Source: Takakia lepidozioides (taxonomy: Eukaryota > Plantae > Bryophyta). From it: a stretch of 64,000 bases of DNA. Positions 35,641 through 47,800 of this stretch are shown here, one piece after another (within the stretch, counting starts at the first letter, position 1; each line of letters opens with the position of its first letter). Both the position numbers and the translations under genes were made by a program. The notes beneath the pieces were generated by a model. That model was not told the origin of the DNA, did not search any database, and saw only the letters and a list, made by a program, of their open reading frames with translations. The DNA is taken from positions 64,790,001 through 64,854,000 of the forward strand of contig CM060731.1 of assembly GCA_030704615.1 (NCBI GenBank), read 5' to 3'.

Positions 35641-38600
35641 TCATTCCATCATCGAGACTGGTCCCGGCAGTGGCGGCTGAGCAGCTGTCTTCACCATTCT
35701 GATCACTCGTCTCTCTCTCAAGAAGCACTCTTTCTACAACAGAGCTCTCTCTCAAGACTAAAAACAGACTACCACAGCCAAAGAAAGACAATGCAGAGCA
35801 ATGAAACGAGAATGGAAGGAGCGGCTCCACTCCTATCTATTACACAGGATGGCTTAACCTAACAGCTGGCATTTGCCGGTACAATCATTCCGCCGTAATG
35901 GATGAAGCTAACCGTCTCTCATAATTGTCCTGGCTGTCAGCTAAAAACGGCGGCGGCTCTTTAATCAACTAATGAGGGCACCATAAAAATTATAAAAGGA
36001 AAAAAAAACTAAAAATGGGTTACTAAAAAAACTAAAAACGGATTACTTCCTACTTTCCTCCCCGACTGTAACCTAGATTCTGCCCATAGAAGTTTTTAAG
36101 TATAAAATAATTTGAGACGATCGCCATTAATGCGAGTGAGCAAAGGATCTCCATTAATTGTAGTCAATTGAATCGAGCCATTTAGAAAGACTTCTACTAC
36201 TCGGTATGGACCAAGCCATCGCATCTTCATCCATCCAGCTCCTCAAGGCGAATTCCAGGATTTTCATCCATCCAAGAAGTAGAAATGCATATAATAGGCC
36301 CTGTGAGTGCCGTCGACTCAATAATTTGGCCTCGCTGCTAATCACCTCCACAAATCACCAAACTTGGTGACAAACTACAATTATATACCCCGTATCAGCC
36401 TATAAATTCTCAGCTCCATCGGTGGTAAAATGTTGCGCTTCTCGCCATTCGCCGTATTTTCGCTACACAAAGATTTTGTGGTATGTTTGGAAATCAAATC
36501 CCTGGTGATGGCTCTGGGGTCTTTGACCTTGCCACTGAGTCATAGGTTGTCCGGAGTCCCCTCTAGTTGTCCCGCACCGCTAACAAGTCCACGCTCCACC
36601 GTTTGAAGTCGTCCTGACCTGCTGTCATTCTGATGCGGCCAATTGCTTTGTTGCGATATTTCATCGCTGTACATGTCGCTTACACCAATTGCCAAGCTCC
36701 TCGCCGTGTGTTCCTACTGGACTTGAAAGGCGGGAGAAAAGAGAGATCGCAATCTGGGACTGGAACAACCGTCCTATATTCTTTGAACATGATTAACTTG
36801 CCGTTTCTGGTACCGAATTGGCAGCCCAGTCTGCTGTCGATGCAACTTCCTACGATCATCTTGACACCTTCCTTAGTATGAATCATTATAGTAGTAAACA
36901 TTATTACTAATAGTCATACTATGAGTCAAGTTAGGAGTGTAGTCATATGTATTTCTATAAATACTACTATTAGTCATGTGCAAGTATGTGAGTTTGAGAG
37001 AGCTTGTGTGTTTGTATCTTCCTTTCTTTATCACTCGAGAAAGATCAGCTCGAGTCTGTGAGTGCTAGGGTCGAGTTGTTTAGTAGCACTTGTGTTTTCA
37101 TGAGAAACGGTTCAGCTTAGAATGTAGGGATCCGTGCATGAGCCTATCCAAAGCGGATAGAGGCGAAGGCGAACATGTTGCAGGTTTGCAATGGATAGAG
37201 AGGCGGTCAGCCTGTATTGAATGGTGGCATTGCATAGCTCAATGCTATAGCAATCAAGTTTGGGCTTCTAGTGTGAAGTGGAGGAGATGGTGGCCACGAG
37301 TGGGCGAATTGGTGGTCATCTTCTTCAGCTACATGCCGAGTTAAGGAGCTGTAGGAATGTGGGCTGCGCATGGGAAGCTAGCGTGTTGCAGGCTGGAGAT
37401 GATATGATCAACCCCAGGTATTTCTGCCCGAAATCAGTTGTTGCGGGTAGATGAGGAGCAGCCAAATAGTGGAGCTGCGAGGGGATGCATCGCAGCCTGT
37501 TGGGAGCTTCAGCTCCCAGCTCATGAAGAGGTATGAGTGAAGAGAGGGGGTTGGTTCCTCTTGTGTGCAAATAAGTGCACTTGTGAAGCATGTGCTGAGT
37601 TGGAGTTTCAATCTGAAACTCAGCAGTATAAGGGCTCTTGGAGTGGCAAGAGCGGGGCTGGAAGGGCAGCAGCGAGGCGTCCTAGAGCCAAGGATATGCA
37701 TAAGAAGTGCATGTGCACCAAGTTTGTAAAGGGCAGCATATAGCTTGCTTGTTGAATTGGGGGTGCCTCTAGTGGGCCGTGAGAGCTCAGGAGTGCAGGG
37801 CGGTGGGGCTGATGGCTCCGCAGAAGCCATAGCTCAGCGGTAGTAGGTGCAGGAGCAAACCCCAGCTTGGGGAGAGCTCGGGAAAGCGTGGGAACGTCCC
37901 GGGAGCGATCGGGAACGCATGGGAACTCGTGTGGAATTCCTGGGAACGCAGGGAACTGTTGACCGTGACCGTGGGAAGCCGTGGTGCGGACACCACGGGT
38001 GGGCACGGTGACCAGATCGTAGGGATGGCGGGCCGTGAAGACTCGTGGGCGTGACAACCTGCGGAAGGATCATTGCACACACGATGCAAAAATTAAAAAA
38101 ATTAAAAAAATTAAAAATAAATCACTCGTTTCGTGGGACCTTGATGGGGGAGGCTGGGCTCTGAAGAACAACGGTTTTGAGCTAGCTGATCCGGCAGAAA
38201 AGTCGGAGTTGCCTCCCTGTTGCATTTTAACAAAGGGGATTACTCCCTTGCAGGTAATCTTTTCGGGTTTTCAGCCCAATTCTTAACTATGGGGGAGACC
38301 AGCCTGCAGGTAATTCCTTTGGACTGAATGTTGTTGGGGCCTATATGTACCTCTATTTGCTCCATTTTTTAACCTTCAGTGAATGGCGTGGTTTCCTGAG
38401 GTGGTTCCATTATGAGGAATGGTTGGTGGACGTAAGGAGGCACTGGCGGACCCTGTGGAGGTTTGCATGGGGCCTTGGAGGCAAATTTCATGAGCTCGTG
38501 GAGGGTGGTTTGAGGAGTGTCTACAGGTTGCTCTCATGGTCATGCAAGTGAGAGAAGAGAGGAAAAAAGAGGGTGTTGGAATGAGAGCGTGCTGGGGTTA

Positions 38601-39094
38601 GGCATTGCTTTAGTTTCTCTTCCTCGTAGTTTTATACCTTCTCTGTAGGCCGAGACCTTTCCGTGGGTGGAGGCAAGAGTCAATCCGGGTTTGGGCTGGG
38701 GTGTCCTTGCATGAGCGACACTGTGGAGTTGTTTTTGGTGTGGTGGAGTTGTTGTTTTCATTCTTGTGTTTGGATCCCCTCCACACCTGCATGCTTGATT
38801 GTGCGCCATGCTAGTTTTGTGTGGGCGCTTGATTTTATAGGTGGTTGATTCGGGCTTGATCGCTAATCCAACCCTAGAGCATGTTGTCGATGGTGAGGCT
38901 GGGTTGATGACCAGTCAAATCATCTTTGTTTCTCCTGTGGTGAGGTTGGAGGTGATGACCAGCCAACCATAGGAGTGCCTGCGGTGAATGCAGGTGCAGG
39001 TGCAGGCTATGTTAGGAGCCTAGTATTCCAAACCATAAGCCGCATCAGGTTCTCTACCCTGTTACCTTGTGGAGAAGGGGTTAGAGACAGGTTT

Positions 39095-40400
39095 ATGACC
39101 GGTAGAGTGTCAGTTTGTCAACACAGAGGTGCCACTAGTTGCTGGGGAAAGTGCCGGTAGTAGCACTAGCGATACTAGCGTGTATATGAGACGAGGTGTG
39201 CGGTTTAGGCCACCTTCACCTCTTGTGTCTTCTACGGAAGGTTCTGATTCGGATTGTGAATCAAGAGGACTCACACCGGCGGTGCAAGTTGTTTCCTTGC
39301 CATTGTTGTGGGACACAATGGAGGATATGTATGGAGCTACCAAGGGGCCACGAAGGTACTCTGGGGCGGTGGGCACCATTGAGTTGGATGATTTTATCCA
39401 AGAATTTGATAGTTGATGTGACTTGCAGCAAATGCGCAATCCACAACTGTTTCCGCCTTTTATGGCATGGAGGAGGCTGTTTCAGCACCTTGAGGGGCCG
39501 CCCATGGATGATTACCATGAGTTTAGGCGGGGGCACGATGTTGAGATCGAGGAGTGGAGTATGTACTGGTCACCCGACTATGTCTCCATCACTAGAGGCA
39601 TTAGAGGCACAAGGGCAGCAGCCACATCGGCAGTTGCACCAGCAGCTGCAGCTTCCACGAGCAGTAGTGGGACTAGTGGTACAGCAACTACGACGTACAC
39701 CCAAGCTACTGCTGCACCAGCACCAGTGGCCATGCCTGCCTTCAACCCTGTTGTGGAGTTCTTCGAAGAGTTAAGAAGGAACTACCACGGGTTGAGGATA
39801 GAGAAATTGAGGAGCTTGCAAGAGTTCCAGAGGAAGCCTACTGAGAGCTTGAGGGAGGCTTTCACTCGCATGAGGCGCTTGATTAATATAACCCAAGGGG
39901 TTACGGAAGCTCAGGCAGTCCAATTCTGGTATGGGATATTGGACAAGGAGCTGGGGAGAAGGGTGCGGGATGCAACTCTCCTACAAGCGGGCCAACCCAC
40001 CTTAGCAAATGTGTTTTTGCTGACAGAGCGGATAGAGCTCAACATGGTGGAGGAACGACTGGTCATGGTGGGATTTGCCAAGGAGGCACCACAGGGTAGT
40101 GGTGCTCCTAGCCAGCCACTACCTCAACGTGCTCAAGGCAACAAAGGGCCTCAGGTGAAGCCCAAAGAAGGATAGAGAGGACCTCAGATGCAGGGGTCTC
40201 TCCCTTCATTTGCTGGCCAACAACGGGCGGATGTGGTGTGTTGGACATGTGGAGGACCCCATGTCAAGAAGGATTGCCTAGAGGGAGACAATGGTTTGGC
40301 ACCGGCACAGCCTGCACAGTTGCAGTGTGGGCATTGTGGCAAGTACGGGCATGGAGAGGCCCAGTGCTATGGTTTGCATCCTGAGTTGCGCCCATGCTAG
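39095..40400 (+). pseudogene. gag of the DNMT-gypsy, with two zinc knuckles
   Basis: FQRKPTESLREAFTRMRRL (retrotransposon gag-like), CWTCGGPHVKKDC and CGHCGKYGHGEAQC; stops at 39414 and 40173. Confidence 0.8.
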
Positions 40401-41415
40401 TTCCAATGGAATAATGGTGGCCGGGGGCAAGGTGGAGCAGCCCAGAGAGGACGAGGTGCAGGCCAAGGGCAAGCTCAACATGGCCAAGGACGCGGAGGTC
40501 AGGGTGGTGACCAAGGCATGGCCAACCGGCTTCTGTAGCTAGAGCAGAGGCTCGCTGCCATGGCCACAGCTCAGGTGGTACCGGCTCCAAGGCCGGATGG
40601 TCCATCTCATGCTCCTGAGGGAGGAGACATGGGAGGCATGGGATTCATGTGCGGGGCAACACTTCCACTAGTGAGTGGTGTCACTACCACTACCACTATG
40701 AGTGGGGCACTACTACCACTAGTGAGGGGTGCCACTACCACTACCAATGTGGGTGGGGCACCACTACCACTAGTGCCGGGCAGCTCTACCACTACCACTA
40801 TATACGGGGGCAGGACTACCACTGGTGCAAGTGGAGTCAGCTGCGGCAGTGACTCGAGGAGCAGCACGAGTTCCGCCATGGGGTGCGAAGGTGGAGTTGG
40901 ATCCACAGCGTGGGGAGGCAAACCGTCAGGCCAGGCTTCCTCAGTCATTCATATTGGTGGAGACAGTGTCGACGCCATCTTTGGCACCTAGTTCTCCCCC
41001 AACTGCTATCGAGGCGGAGGTTATTATGCCATTGGGGAGAGCTACATGGGCAGCACCACTACCTAGTGTTGCCAAGGCTACGGCAGCTAGTATGCTACTG
41101 GGGGCGGCCACATCTGTGTGTCAGGCTCCATTGTTCTCGGCTACCATGATTGCGACGCCGAGGGTAAGACCAGCTGAGGTGTTCAGGCTGGTAGCTACAC
41201 TCTGTGAGAGTGGGGAGGTTACTTCATCTTCTGCGGAGATAATGGGAGGCGTAGAGACAGAGGGATCCTCAGATGTGAGGGTCAAGATTGCCACGGCGGC
41301 GCCATGGCGAGCTGCAGCTGCCAGGTTGATGGAGCTGCCAGCTAGGCCAACCATTGAGCGCGCCATGGTGACACCTGGAGTTGTCATATTAGACAACTAG
41401 GATGACATTTTCTGT

Positions 41416-41766
41416 TTGAGTGGACCGGCAGGCAAGAGGTACCGGCCACTGCAAGTCTTGTTGGACTCGGGAGCTCAGCCATTGATGTTGGGCAGAACCG
41501 CTATTGCAGGCTTGGGCCTCACGGAGGCGGATATGGAGCCGTGCTCTTTCCAGATACAGACATCTCTGGGAGGATCAGAGCAGACTCGGGGCATGACACG
41601 GCATAAGTTGGCTATCAGACTACAGCTGGATTATCCTATAGATGGCTCAGTGATGAGAGCCAAGGCCATTGTGACAGACGCGATCTCGTACGATGTCCTT
41701 ATTGGTGGGGCAGTGTTGTACCCCATGGGCTTCACCCTGGATTTTTGGGAGGAGTCAGCTTCCTAA
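41416..41766 (+). pseudogene. Retropepsin aspartic protease of the DNMT-gypsy
   Basis: VLLDSGA (Asp codon at 41464) and YDVLIG motif. Confidence 0.85.
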
Positions 41767-42169
41767 AGGCCTGGATGGTAGTCAGGGGAGGGCCAATGTG
41801 TGCAGCTCCCTGTGACGTTCATAGGAGGAGTTGCGGTTGCCCAGCGAGGCAAAATGCCGACACTGGCAGCATTCACAGCTGCAGTGAGTTGGCCTGGAGA
41901 GTTGCTAGAGGGCAACGCTCATTTAGAGAATGTGTCACCTCCGGGAGAGCAGGATGACATGTATGGTATGGTGGAGATGCCTGCCATGGTTGCTCACATT
42001 CCAAATTGTGGGGCTCTAGTAAGGATTTGCAGCGGGTTGCTGATCGGCGTATGCAACAAGCCTGGGTAGAGGCTTTTGTACCATCAGGAGAGGAGGACAG
42101 TGCGGGGATTGCACCAGGACCACCTCAGTTGTCACCATTGGACACCATACCGATCGTGTGGCAGTGTCA

Positions 42170-43033
42170 GGATGAAGGCATTTGCCTTCTAGACTTGTTT
42201 GGCGGGATCAACACCGGATTGGCTACTGTTCTACATGCATGTATACAAGTTCGGCGTTACCTGTATGTGGAGAGGGATGAGACCGCACGACGTGTCTCCC
42301 TATGCCATGTTGCTCAGTTGGTGCAGCAGTACCCTAAGTTGTTGCCGGTGTCTGCAGTTCGTGAATATCAGCAGGCCTTGCCAGCAGACATTTCGTTGTT
42401 GGGGGCGCAAGATTTAGAGCGGGTTGGCTCCATTGATTTGGTAGTGGTAGGTTGGGCCTGCCAAGGGCATTCATCAGCCGGGCATGGCAATGGATTGCGA
42501 GACTCGAGGTTGGGTTTGTTTTGGGATGGTGCGGGTTTTGCGTCACTTACAACTTCATCAAGCTGTATCTCCAGCATACATCTTGGAGAATGTGCCACTG
42601 ATGGGCGATTCTCGGGCCAGGGTGATGGCCAGTGTGCATCAAGTCTGGTCGTGGCTTGGGTCAGCAGTGTTGCTGAATGTAGCTATAGTGGGGTCATGGG
42701 CTCATCGTCCACGGCTATGGTGGACTAACTTGATGCCACCTGCACTGCTCAAGCGTGCATTTGATGGGGTGCAGCGGCCAACATACCTCACAGTGGATAG
42801 CATTTTGGACACAATGAGGCAGTTTCAGCGTGTGAGACATGATGACCGTTCGCCTTTGGCAGTGGTCAACAAGGTGGGTCAACCACGAACAACACCATCT
42901 ACACTGCTCAGCTTCCCAGGATCACATGCTTTCCGGGATAGTGGACCTGGCCTCCTGTGGGATGCTCAGTTGCAGCAGTTAGTGGAGCCTAATGCCGACG
43001 AGCGAGAGCGGGCTACGGGTTTTTCCACTGGGA
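42170..43033 (+). pseudogene. C5-cytosine DNA methyltransferase (DNMT3-like), motifs I-IX
   Basis: LLDLFGGI (I), YVERD (II), ADI (III), DLVVVGWACQGHS (IV), LFWD, ILENV (VI), AHRPRLWWTNL (VIII), ERERATGF (IX); frameshift at ~42525. Confidence 0.9.
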
Positions 43034-44558
43034 CACTACAACAGATCCCGGCTTTAACGTCTGCCACATTTGCCCAGTCGTAGCATATATGTCTACAAAA
43101 TGCAAGGGGGCAGTCCTAGTTGCCAATTGTGACCACCAGAAGTCGTATATACCACCTTGTACCTCCGCCACGTCAGGATCTGCGGTCAAACACGTTTGAC
43201 CAGATAGGGGAAGATGGTAGATATGACTAGGAGTCATGGCCAAAACTGCAATAGGATGACGTGGGCATGGGAATGTATGACAGCCAGTATTCACGACTGC
43301 ACGTGGCAATTGCCGGTTGCCCAAGGAGTGTCTATGTGGACGATGCAAACATAAATGGATGAAACATATGTAGGATGTGATTGCAAATGACGACGTGTCA
43401 ACATATCATTGCTCGCGGGCACTAAGCCACACCCTGTGAATGAATGAATGAATGGATGAATGAATGATTAGGATGAATTAGGATGAATGTGCTCAAATTT
43501 AGGGTTGTTAGGTCACAGTGTTAAGTATAAGGATAATAAGCAGTAAAAATATTTAACTACTATTTCACTGACCCAGCAGATTAACAGTAAAACTAATCGA
43601 CTGCTGGTTAAGGTTAGTGAAACAAAACAACTGTATTATCTCAACGAATGATACTCGAATGATACACAAATGCCTTGCTGGCAACTATTGGATGAACGTA
43701 TCAAACATAACTTTTGTGCACTAGATGAACGTATGAACGAACGATACAACAAACGCCTTGCTGGCAACTATTGGATGAACGTAGGAACGAATGATAATGC
43801 AAACGCTGAGCTGGCAGCTATTGGATGAACTGACAGTGGAACTCATTTAAAGATTTTTTTTGGATGAATGGATGAAATTAAAATGGCCAAAAATGGAAAA
43901 AACAAATGAATGGATGGATGTATTGATACAAAACCCAAAATCCATCCATCTATCGCTACATTCATCCATCCAGTCATGAGTAGAGGGGACTTAGCGTTTT
44001 TTTGTCTCCCCTGCCATCTGTTTGTTTTCTTTGTGTCGAGTTTGATCGTGAGAGACGACAAATAGGACGGAGCTGTGTTTGCTTTCTTTAAGTGTCGAGT
44101 CTAATCATGAGAGACGTCGAACAGGGCGGAGCTATGTTTGTTTTGTTTTAGGGTCGAGTCTGATCATGAGAGACGACGAGCGGAGCTGGTGGGATAGGGG
44201 ACAGACAGGGACTCAAACCCTAGAATCGGGGCATGAAGAAATCCGTCCTGTGCGAAATCATTTCCAGCTCGGCATGATGCGAGGCCTCTCCTATGAGCCA
44301 AGCGAGAGGACAGGGCCTTGCGTATGGAGTGGGTGTGCAGGAGCGTATGCCTTGTGCAAATGTGTGAATTTTGCTTTGTTGGCCCCTGTTTTCTCTCACT
44401 GAAGTCGGAAGCAGGTTTGCTCGTCTTGGTTTCAGTAAAGGAGTTGGGTTGTTGATCAGTAGAAACGGATGTACTCAGCGCAAAGATGCAAGAAAGCGCA
44501 CGGGGCGTTAGGCAAGGCCGATAATTGGTATATCTGGCATGTAGGTCAACACTGGAGC

Positions 44559-44624
44559 ATGGAACAGCGCTGGCAACAGTTCTTTAAAGATACTTTACAA
44601 TGGTGGAATAGTAGCCTTGACAAG
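44559..44624 (+). pseudogene. Captured PDF-motif first exon inside the CACTA
   Basis: MEQRWQQFFKDTLQWWNSSLDK followed by a GT donor; paralogous to 13946-14011. Confidence 0.7.
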
Positions 44625-44850
44625 GTGAGCTTTCTTCATGTAGGATGAGAAAGGGAGATTGAGGAAACTCTGGTATGGTCGTATGGTGTGGACTGGATCG
44701 TACTGTTGTTGAGTGAAGTCAGTGAAGTCAAAATCTCGCTGTGCTATAGGAAAACTGCTTTTACTGTCCGTATCGAGGTTGTCCTTGCTGAGCAGGGCAT
44801 GAAAGTAGGATGCGCAAGGTGTTTTCCCTTGAGTTTGCAAGGTACTTGGG

Positions 44851-47800
44851 TGTCGCGGCCCTTTGCCTTGAGGACAGGGGGGTCGGAACACAAGAGGGGC
44901 TGCCCCTGTGGTGGGGGCAGTGGCAGCGATAGGTATGGGGGGCTGAAGCACCCTTGAGTGCCCAAAGCACTCAAGGAGGCGGAGGCGCTCACTAGGTGGA
45001 GCCCCGCACACCGGGTTGCGGTGGGGGTGGCTCCACAAGGGGTGGTGGTAGCTTAGCGGGACTTAGTGGGGGTGGCATAGGACTCCACCTGGGGTGGAGA
45101 CCTCGTGGCGGGAGTCGTGGGGAGTCTTGGGACTCATCACGGTCCATAGGGGCCGTGGTGGGTGGGCCAAGACTCACCGCGACTCATCACCGGGAGTCGA
45201 GGGTGTTCGTGGTGGTTCGCCATAAAATGGCATGGTTGTTTGTGAAACCCCCGTGGACAGCTACAGAAGTATATATAGGGAGTAAAACCCCGAGAACGGT
45301 GCAAGCCCGTTGGTGACCAAAAGCTAGTGAGTAAGCGAGCGAGCCGGAAAACGACCAAAGAGTGGGGAGCTATTTCGGACTGCCACCTACCAAAGGGAAT
45401 TCCGCTGGTTCTAAATCGTTGGAGGGTTCTTTGGGAGATCAAGGGGGGGATCGTTATGTCTCGGTGAGCAGCCGAAGCTCCAAGTTGGCCCGGCGGCCAG
45501 GTTGGGAGTTAGGTGCGCGCATCAAGCGAGTAACTATGACTTGAGGGGGGAGCTTACCGAAGTGAGGTGCGCGACACTTGGTATCAGAGCTTAGAGTTCA
45601 GTACGCAATCGTCCTTGGGATTGGCCTCATCATGGGGTCGGGCAAGCCAAAGCGAAAGCGGAACGGCCCAAAAGATGATGATCCTGGTGAGCCCAATAGG
45701 GGCGACGTGTCACCGAGGCGGCCGTTTGAGGAGCGATGCATGTTTCCGAAAACGAGGCCGCTCAAGAGCGGGAAGAATCTGAAGAGTCGGAGCCTGAGGA
45801 ATCCTTGAGAGCTTCGACCGACCAACAGATGCCTCCCACGCCGGCAGCCTTTTGGGAAGGGTTGTTGGCGCAATTTAGCGGGACGTTGAAAGACGTGTTG
45901 AAGGCGGCTAATACCACTTCCACTACGGCAAAGTTTAAGGTGAAGCCTAAGGAACCCGGCACCTTCGAGGGCATCCGAAATCGGAAGGCACTCAACACCT
46001 GGCTCTTGGAGTTGGAGCAGTACTTCCGGGCGGCCAAGTTGAGTGACAAGGATCGGGTGGAAGTGGCTCCCACCTATTTGAGGGGCTATGCTCAACAATG
46101 GTGGCAGAAACGCCTTCACGACCGAGGTCCAAGCCCGGAAACCTTGAACTGGAGTGGGTTCAAGGAATTGATGAAGAGGCAGTTTGTGCCCCTCAACGCG
46201 TCCTGGCTCGCCCGGGACAAGATGAGGAATTTGAAGCAAACAGATGACATTCGGGGATATGTCCAGGCTTTCAATGTGCTGTTGCTCGAAGTCGCGGACA
46301 TGGCAGAACCAGAAATGGTCTTCAACTTTGTGGCGGGACTGGCCCCATGGGCCAGGCGGAAGTTGGAGGAGAAGCCACCTAAGACTTTGAACGAGGCAAT
46401 TGAGAGGGCTGAATGTTTCTCGGATGTCCCTAAGGGTGAAAGACAAGGCCGTACGGAGCTGAACCACAAAAAGACCCGGCGGGAAGGTGACTCTTTCCGA
46501 CCGGAAAAGAAGTGGGATAGGCCACGCGGCGACAATGGCACGTGGAAATCGAAGGGAGGGCCTTCACAAGCCAAGGCGACACCCGGTGCTTCGAAAGGAA
46601 AAGTGGGTGGAGCGGCTTATGGCGGACAGAAGGCGACCTTTGATGGAGTGTGTTTCAATTGCGGGGAGCCCGGGCACAAAGCCAAGAAGTGCACAAAGCC
46701 CCGGCAATTGAACATGACTCGGGCGACCACAGAGCTGTCGGAAAATACCATCAGTCGCTTGGTGGAAGCGATGGTCGCCAGGACTTGCAAGGTAGGCAAA
46801 TTTTCTTGTGAGTTGTATCAGGAAACTGGCGCCTTACGTAAAGGGAGTCAGTTATTGTTCGTGGATGGGATAATATCCGGAACTAACGTGTCGTTGTTGG
46901 TGGACACAGGAGCGTCGCACTCCTTCATGACACCGGCAACAGCACAAAAGCTGGGACTCCCGACAAGTGACATGGGGGCCTCTATTGAGGTGCGTTCTGC
47001 CAAAGGAGAACCACAATTGGCGACAAGGTTGGCGTTTGATGTTCCTCTTCGACTGGGGAGTTGGGAGGGACGTGAGAACTTCACCATCTGCGAGATCGAT
47101 GGAGTGGATCTCATTTTGGGGATGACCTTTTTGAGCAAATCCGGAGCGGTCATAGATGGCCGCAAGAGAGTAGTCACGCTGCCATGTGGGAATGGTGGCG
47201 AGGTCTTACGAGTGTCGGAAACGCCCAAACCCGTGGGAGGGCGAATAAACCTCCTGTCAGCAAGGGAGTGGGCCGTGGAGGAGGCACACGAGCCCCAGTT
47301 TTTGCTCTATATTAGAGAAATGAAGGGAGAAGGCGATGGGGAGCCGAGCCCAGATTGGATCAAGGGGATTTTGGAGAAATACGAGGATGTGATGCCGGAG
47401 GATTTACCAAGCGGCTTGCCACCGCGAAGAGGAGTTGACCACAAGATTGAGGTGATACCGGGATCGGAACCGCCTGCCAAGGCACCCTACCGGTTGAGCC
47501 ACAGAGAGTTGGTCGAGCTGAAGACTCAGCTCAAAGATCTAATGTCAAAGGGGTACATCCGGCCGAGTAAGTCACCTTACGGAGCCCCGGTGCTATTCGC
47601 AGACAAGAAGGATGGGACGCTGCGGATGTGTGTCGATTACAGGGCTTTGAATAAGGTGACTATAAAAAACCGGTACCCTTTGCTAAGGATCGACGACCTT
47701 TTCGATCGGTTGGCAGGAGCGAAGTATTTCAGCAAGATCGATCTGCGCTCCGGCTATCATCAAATTCGAGTGGCGGAAGGAGATGAGGAGAAGACCGCGT

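Noticed and set aside
42170-43033. Bacterial contamination or a restriction-modification system
   Set aside because: The MTase is collinear with retrotransposon domains and interrupted by a plant CACTA with a TSD; no endonuclease partner is present.
44595-45544. Pro/Gly-rich ORFs here and at 6078-6540 and 50918-51622
   Set aside because: They fall inside GC-rich LTRs and are recurrent only because the LTR is repeated.
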